From positions 64,356,001 through 64,420,000 of the forward strand of contig OX638154.1 of assembly GCA_951804945.1 (NCBI GenBank): a stretch of 64,000 bases of DNA, in the 5' to 3' direction. Source of the stretch: Podarcis cretensis. Taxonomy: Eukaryota. How positions within the stretch are numbered: the first letter of the stretch is position 1; every line of letters starts with the position of its first letter. A program made the position numbers and the translations under genes. The notes beneath the pieces are model-generated. The model made no database searches. It saw only the letters and a program-made list of their open reading frames with translations, and was not told where the DNA came from. Of the stretch, positions 59,181 through 64,000 are shown piece after piece.

Positions 59181-61691
59181 GCATCTCTGATACTCATCCT
59201 CTATTTACCTTCTACTGTATGTGATAAAGAAAAATCAGACCTGAAACTGTTAAAATGGGAAAGAACCATTGTGCTTAGATGTTTGTTTGAACATATGAAA
59301 GCCACTGCAACAATGGGTTGTATTCAGTGCTGCCATTCCACGTGTGTAAGACTTCTACTTGCACAACAGAACTTCCCACCACCACAGTCCCCCCACCACC
59401 ACCACCCAGCTGCCTCTACGCCCTCAAAATCTGCTCGAGTGTTGGGGACTCCAAAGCAGATTTGGGAGGCATGCAGGGAGAGAAGAGGGAAGTCCTGTTG
59501 TGTGAGCAGAATTCCATTCACACAATGACCGCAGTCTAAATCATGACATGGACTTCTAAACTTACCTTTGGGAAGCTGCTCTTACGTGGCCCTAAGTAAG
59601 CTACTCTTGAAGCCTAGGAAGACCCTTCCTAAGTGGGACTCCCAAGCATTCTGCTGGTAACAGCAAAAATCCTAAAGAAAAGCTGATATAAACACACTGA
59701 CTCTTGCATGTACCTAACAGGGTTCTTTTGCTATGGATCAATCAGCCCTATTGTTAATCGTCAACAAGCTGCAAACAAAGAGAGCCACTCTTGACTGACC
59801 CTAGTGCAAGTATACTGATGGTGCTTTCTGAACTTCTTCTGGTTGCAAGAGTTAACATGAACAATCACTACTTTATCTTTTATAGGAGTAATTTTGAAAT
59901 GGCTGAATCATGTTGAAAGGGATCAATATTTTTAAAGAGCCTGACAAGAAAATTGAAATAATTCTTTTACTTAAAGATTTAGAGTAATTGTAGTGACAGC
60001 TCCTCTGTCCTCTAATTCTTGTTCTTCAATTTTTTACCTTTACCATAGCTAAATAGGAAAGACTCCTCTCTGTGTACAACTTTATTAGAAGTTACAGGAT
60101 ACCTCTGCATATATAGAGCACTCTGGAAAAAGTTGTACATTGTTTTTTAACTAAACAAGTAATGTTATCTCATTCATGTTTGACATCTACTTAGGTGCCG
60201 AGTCAGTTCAGTATCACTGCAGTGTAGATGTATTTGGTTTTGTTTTTTTTAAAAAAAGGCATTTTTAACAAGCTTTTCTTGTTAAATTTTTAATTTGGAA
60301 GCTTACCATGATAACCAAATCACTTCAAATGCAATATGATAATGAATACTTTTTCCCATGGGAAAATCCCAATTTTGGGTCTACACCAGAGCTGGAATTT
60401 CTTTCTTGAAAGTTTATATAAGAGGCGTTTCTAGTGATAATGGACATCTTATGCTCTTCAACGTTTTGCTCCATTAGACGTGGTTAGAAATTTACAACAT
60501 CACAAAGCAATTGACCTCTTTTGACCTTTAAGAAAGGATTACTGTTGCTGCTACTGAACTCTTTACTTTTGATTTCAAGGATTAGTGTGATGATGATGTT
60601 CAAAGGGGTTTACCCATGAGCAGGAATTTCACTATAGGCCAAGCAGTACGTGAAAGTCTAGAATCTGTCTTTTAGTGACCTTAACAATGTTTAACATTAA
60701 TAAATTGTATTTCAAATTAGTATGAATATGAAATACAGCTGTTTTAGCTGTTACCTCCGGTAAATTGGGATTATAAAACTACCACATCATTTCTCAACTA
60801 GACACTTAAGAATACCACTTATGCTAGTGTCTTAGAAGGGGAGATGGATTTTCAAAATGAAGGAATTGTAGGCACACACTTTTTTCTTCTTCATTTAACT
60901 GGCTCAATCAAACTCAAATGCTAAACTCCAATCCTGCCAAACTGTTGTACACATGTTTTCAAAGGCACTATTGACTTGCATGCAATTAAGCATGTGTATA
61001 AGCATTTGCAGGCCTTGGGTCTTAATTCTTAGCTGTGATTTCAACCCTAAAGGAATTTTGAAACCTGAATTAGATTCCCTGGTGTTTTATCAGATATCAA
61101 ACTATATCATTTTATAATAAAAAAACCTTGTGTATAAACTGTTTATAGATATTTGTGGACTTAAAATACACATGTATATTTTTAAACATTTTTGTTTAAA
61201 AGTCTGGACTTCTCAGCCTACGTGTGCAATGAAATATACTATCCTTTTAGTCTAGTTGGCCCTGTTTACTGCTTAGTCTGTTATGAAAGCTTTGCTGCTA
61301 ACCTGATGGTCTCAGAGAAAAATTGTAAACTATATAGGTTTGTTGCATCAGAAACACTGCAGCAAAGCTTTATATCTGACCACTGGTAATATGAATGTGT
61401 CGTATTGACTTGTTGAAGATAATCATAAAACCACATATTTTCAGTGTTTCTTTCCTTATAGATTAGAATACAAATGTCTATTTTTTTTGTAAATAATGAT
61501 TTTTATAAATGTCTTTCCATCATGATTTCCCCCTAATCATCCATTTCACAAAATCCTGAATATGCAATTATTTATCATACATGATATTATACAAGAAATA
61601 GGGTCCCCGTTTCAGAACAAAGTTTATTAAATTCTATACATAAGAACAAATTTAAATAAGTTGTACTTGAAATGTGATTTTCCCCCTTGAA

Positions 61692-61730
61692 AATAAATGA
61701 CAAATCTAAAAATGTTTTATGTTTGTGCTG
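61692..61730 (+). terminator. Candidate distal polyadenylation site
   Basis: AATAAA at 61692-61697, then a GU/U-rich element (tgttttatgtttgtg) ~16-30 nt downstream, at the end of an AU-rich block. Confidence 0.55.
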
Positions 61731-62796
61731 AATTATTTTCTCCTAGAAGTCATTTACAATATTTACAGTGCCATTCTATACATGTCTACTAAGAAACAAT
61801 TACTGTATTCCATGGAAATTACTCCTAAGTATGAGTGTATAGGATTTGGTTGCTGTACATTGAACAACTAACTACCCAGACTCTCTTCCCACAGTCTGTT
61901 ATTTAAAGCAGATCTGAAATGAGGAGATGGATATTGGAGGAAACTGAAAAACGGGAATTTAGGGTTACAGTATTATAGCCCGGAAGTCTGCACCAGCCTT
62001 TCCCAACCTTGTGCTCTCCATATTTTGGGGAGAGTACCATTCACTCTCATAATCTGGAGGTCCACAGGTTTGCACTAGATTATTCTTTTGTTAGCTCATC
62101 ATTTTATACACAAGAACACTTGGGAGAGCATTTTTATTGCGTAGAAAATCTGGCATATTCATCATCGGCTTTCTACACCTTACACTGTACAGGGGCTGCC
62201 ACGTGGCACAAGCGCTTATACTGTAAAACTAATACGAGGCTACGACTTTTAATTTGGGCGCTCTATTCCTGCACCAAAGTGGATAATCGGGACTTGGCCT
62301 GAAAGGGACCGGCCAGTAGTAGCATGTAAAAGCAGAAAGGCAGGGAATTTGCTAAATCTCCGGGCTACCAAGATGCACAGACAGCAGCTCCTGGCGACCA
62401 TAGCGCTTTCCCCACACGGTTCCTTTGGCGAGGTGACTTTCCAATGCTCCTTTTTAATGACGAGGGCAGCTGCCGACGTTGCTACCCGTGTCAGGACGTG
62501 CCTCACAAGACCCCCGAGCCCAGCGACTGACCGGAGCTGCTCCGCTGGCGCGCAGTTAAAAAGCAAGGCTCCGGGGGGAAACGGAGAAACAGGCAAGGAA
62601 AGGAGGGGAGTGCCCTGCAGCTGCTGCAAGAGCTGCGCTCCCAGCGCCTCTTCTCGCCCGGCAAAGCCACCTTGGGACGCGCGCGCAAGGCGAGAAGCAG
62701 AGAGCGGCTCTCCTCCGCCTCTTCCCGCCCATGAGGGCGGAGGCAGCAGCGCCGTGACCGCCTTCCGCGGCTGCAAGAGCCTCCGCGGGGTGATTG

Positions 62797-62810
62797 GTCA
62801 CCCTGGAAAC
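62797..62810. promoter_or_regulatory. RFX X-box (ciliary-gene type)
   Basis: GTCACCCTGGAAAC fits GTYNCY-NT-RGNAAC; additional half-site AGCAAC at 62812-62817. Confidence 0.6.
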
Positions 62811-62861
62811 CAGCAACAGCTGCGGCTCCGTCCTGCAGCAGCAAAAGAAGGAAGAGGAAAG
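62810..62861 (+). other. Putative non-coding first exon of the downstream gene (start approximate)
   Basis: Strong donor AAG|GTAAGA at 62861/62862 inside the CpG island, just downstream of the promoter motifs. Confidence 0.55.
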
Positions 62862-64000
62862 GTAAGAAGGCGCCGGCGGGAGGCTTGTTGGGACACCCGA
62901 AAACGGGGGTGTAGCCTGGGGCAGCAGAAAGGCGGGAAACGGAGTGGCCTCCCACCAGCGCGCGCCCCCATTCCGACGGGGCTCTTGCGCCTCTTGCAGC
63001 TGCGTCATATTGCGCGGTTGCATTCAGAGTTGGCCCACTTAAATTAATGGATGTGACAAACTTAAGTCCATCGGTGCACGTACTCCGAGGAGAACTTGGG
63101 CGGCTACAATCCAAAAATTAGACTTGAAACTTCCCACCACCACAGGGATTTTGCAGCAGTGGGGGAAATCCTCATGTATTGGCTTTCTGCCTGTCCTACA
63201 GGGTCCCTTAGCTCTGGTATTTAAAAAAAAAGAGAGATGTTAATCTTCATGCTGTAGCTGTGTACAGACGAAGGCTAATTTTATTCTGGAGCCTCCCCGT
63301 TCTAATCATTTGCATTTGAATACATCTCCCGCCTTTTCTCATTGCCCCACAAGAAGTCATTTCTTGGAAGTCTGAGGAACAATACTGAAGAGATACTGCG
63401 TCTTCCTCAGGAGAGACTAAATGTGCAGGTGGAAGGAAGTTTGTGGACTTGTAATAAATACACACAAAGTGTGCCCCAGAGGTGGCTCCTGAGTTGCACA
63501 AGAGCAGCTGAGGTGGCTGCACTTCTTTCTCCTCTGCCCACCCCGTTGCAAAGCGGGATGGGCAATTTGTAATGGTTATTTGTTGTTCAAGGTGCCAGTC
63601 CGCTTCAGGAGGCCTCAGGCAATCCTTAGCTTACAACAGCAGTAAGGAAAGGACTTGTATTGTTTCCTATGTGTGTGCATGCATAATGCCTATTTATGAG
63701 AAGAATTGGAGGAGGAGGAGGCGGCAAGCCAAATGAATGGTCCAGTTCTTCCAAGTGGCATGCCACTATTCATGAGTAAACTTTGTTCTTCTTTCAGAAG
63801 GGTGTATACATTAGTCTGATACAGCAAAAGCAGCAAAAATTATGGCATTACTTACCATTTTTATAGTATATGGTTGTGAGAGTAGAGTGCATGCATCTTC
63901 GGAGGTGGAGTCTAGTTTATGAATAATGCCATAATAATTTTGTTGAGACTTTTGGTTGCTTTTTATTTCTGAGTAAGGCTTTGCCTTGTCACATTTTTTT

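Larger units (their letters stand above)
52580..61720 (+). other. SGIP1: Probable long SGIP1 3' UTR with several alternative poly(A) signals
   Basis: Follows the stop codon. AU-rich UTR-like blocks lie at ~52750-52990 and ~61100-61700, and AATAAA occurs at 55952, 57712, 60699, 61116 and 61692. Mammalian SGIP1 has a long 3' UTR. The distal end is inferred. Confidence 0.55.
62280..63110. promoter_or_regulatory. CpG-island promoter of the next gene (probably DYNLT5/TCTEX1D1 by synteny)
   Basis: Abrupt GC- and CpG-rich segment; GC boxes at 62725-62730 and 62735-62740, inverted CCAAT at 62793-62797, X-box at 62797-62810. Confidence 0.8.

Noticed and set aside
62249-63114. Four overlapping ORFs of 155-232 aa on both strands
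   Set aside because: Low-complexity Arg/Ala/Pro/Gly translations expected from a stop-poor CpG island; no recognisable domain
1-64000. CRISPR arrays, rRNA, prokaryotic operons or contamination
   Set aside because: No spaced-repeat array or rRNA-like sequence seen; the whole window is consistent with a eukaryotic intron-exon locus

Overview
Vertebrate genomic DNA from a squamate reptile. Sauria SINEs and a Bov-B LINE point to a lizard, probably a lacertid (inference). The + strand carries the 3' ~80% of SGIP1, a neuronal muniscin endocytic adaptor. I traced 17 core coding exons from 2581 to the stop at 52577-52579. They join through canonical GT-AG sites into one open frame of 1920 nt, running from the RKSP/RRSP microexons through the proline-rich region to the complete mu-homology domain ending in KYLADN*. 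One 60-nt cassette exon (26083-26142) is also present. The 5' exons lie upstream of the window. A probable ~9-kb 3' UTR follows and contains an antisense, internally deleted Bov-B LINE. The window ends in a CpG-island promoter with an RFX X-box and a non-coding first exon, by mammalian synteny probably DYNLT5/TCTEX1D1. The introns hold 4 Sauria SINEs, L2 and CR1 fragments, hAT and Tc1/mariner MITEs, and a decayed DIRS/Ngaro-like element. The most interesting unexplained signals sit in the 25-kb intron before the mu-homology domain: a strong 6/8-nt microexon candidate (45418-45425), a recursive-splice or poison-microexon site (29613-29638), a dual-frame candidate exon (22122-22191), and the absence of the known ENEQ exon, possibly hidden in an N gap. 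I cannot demonstrate a wholly new biological system from sequence alone; these are testable candidates.
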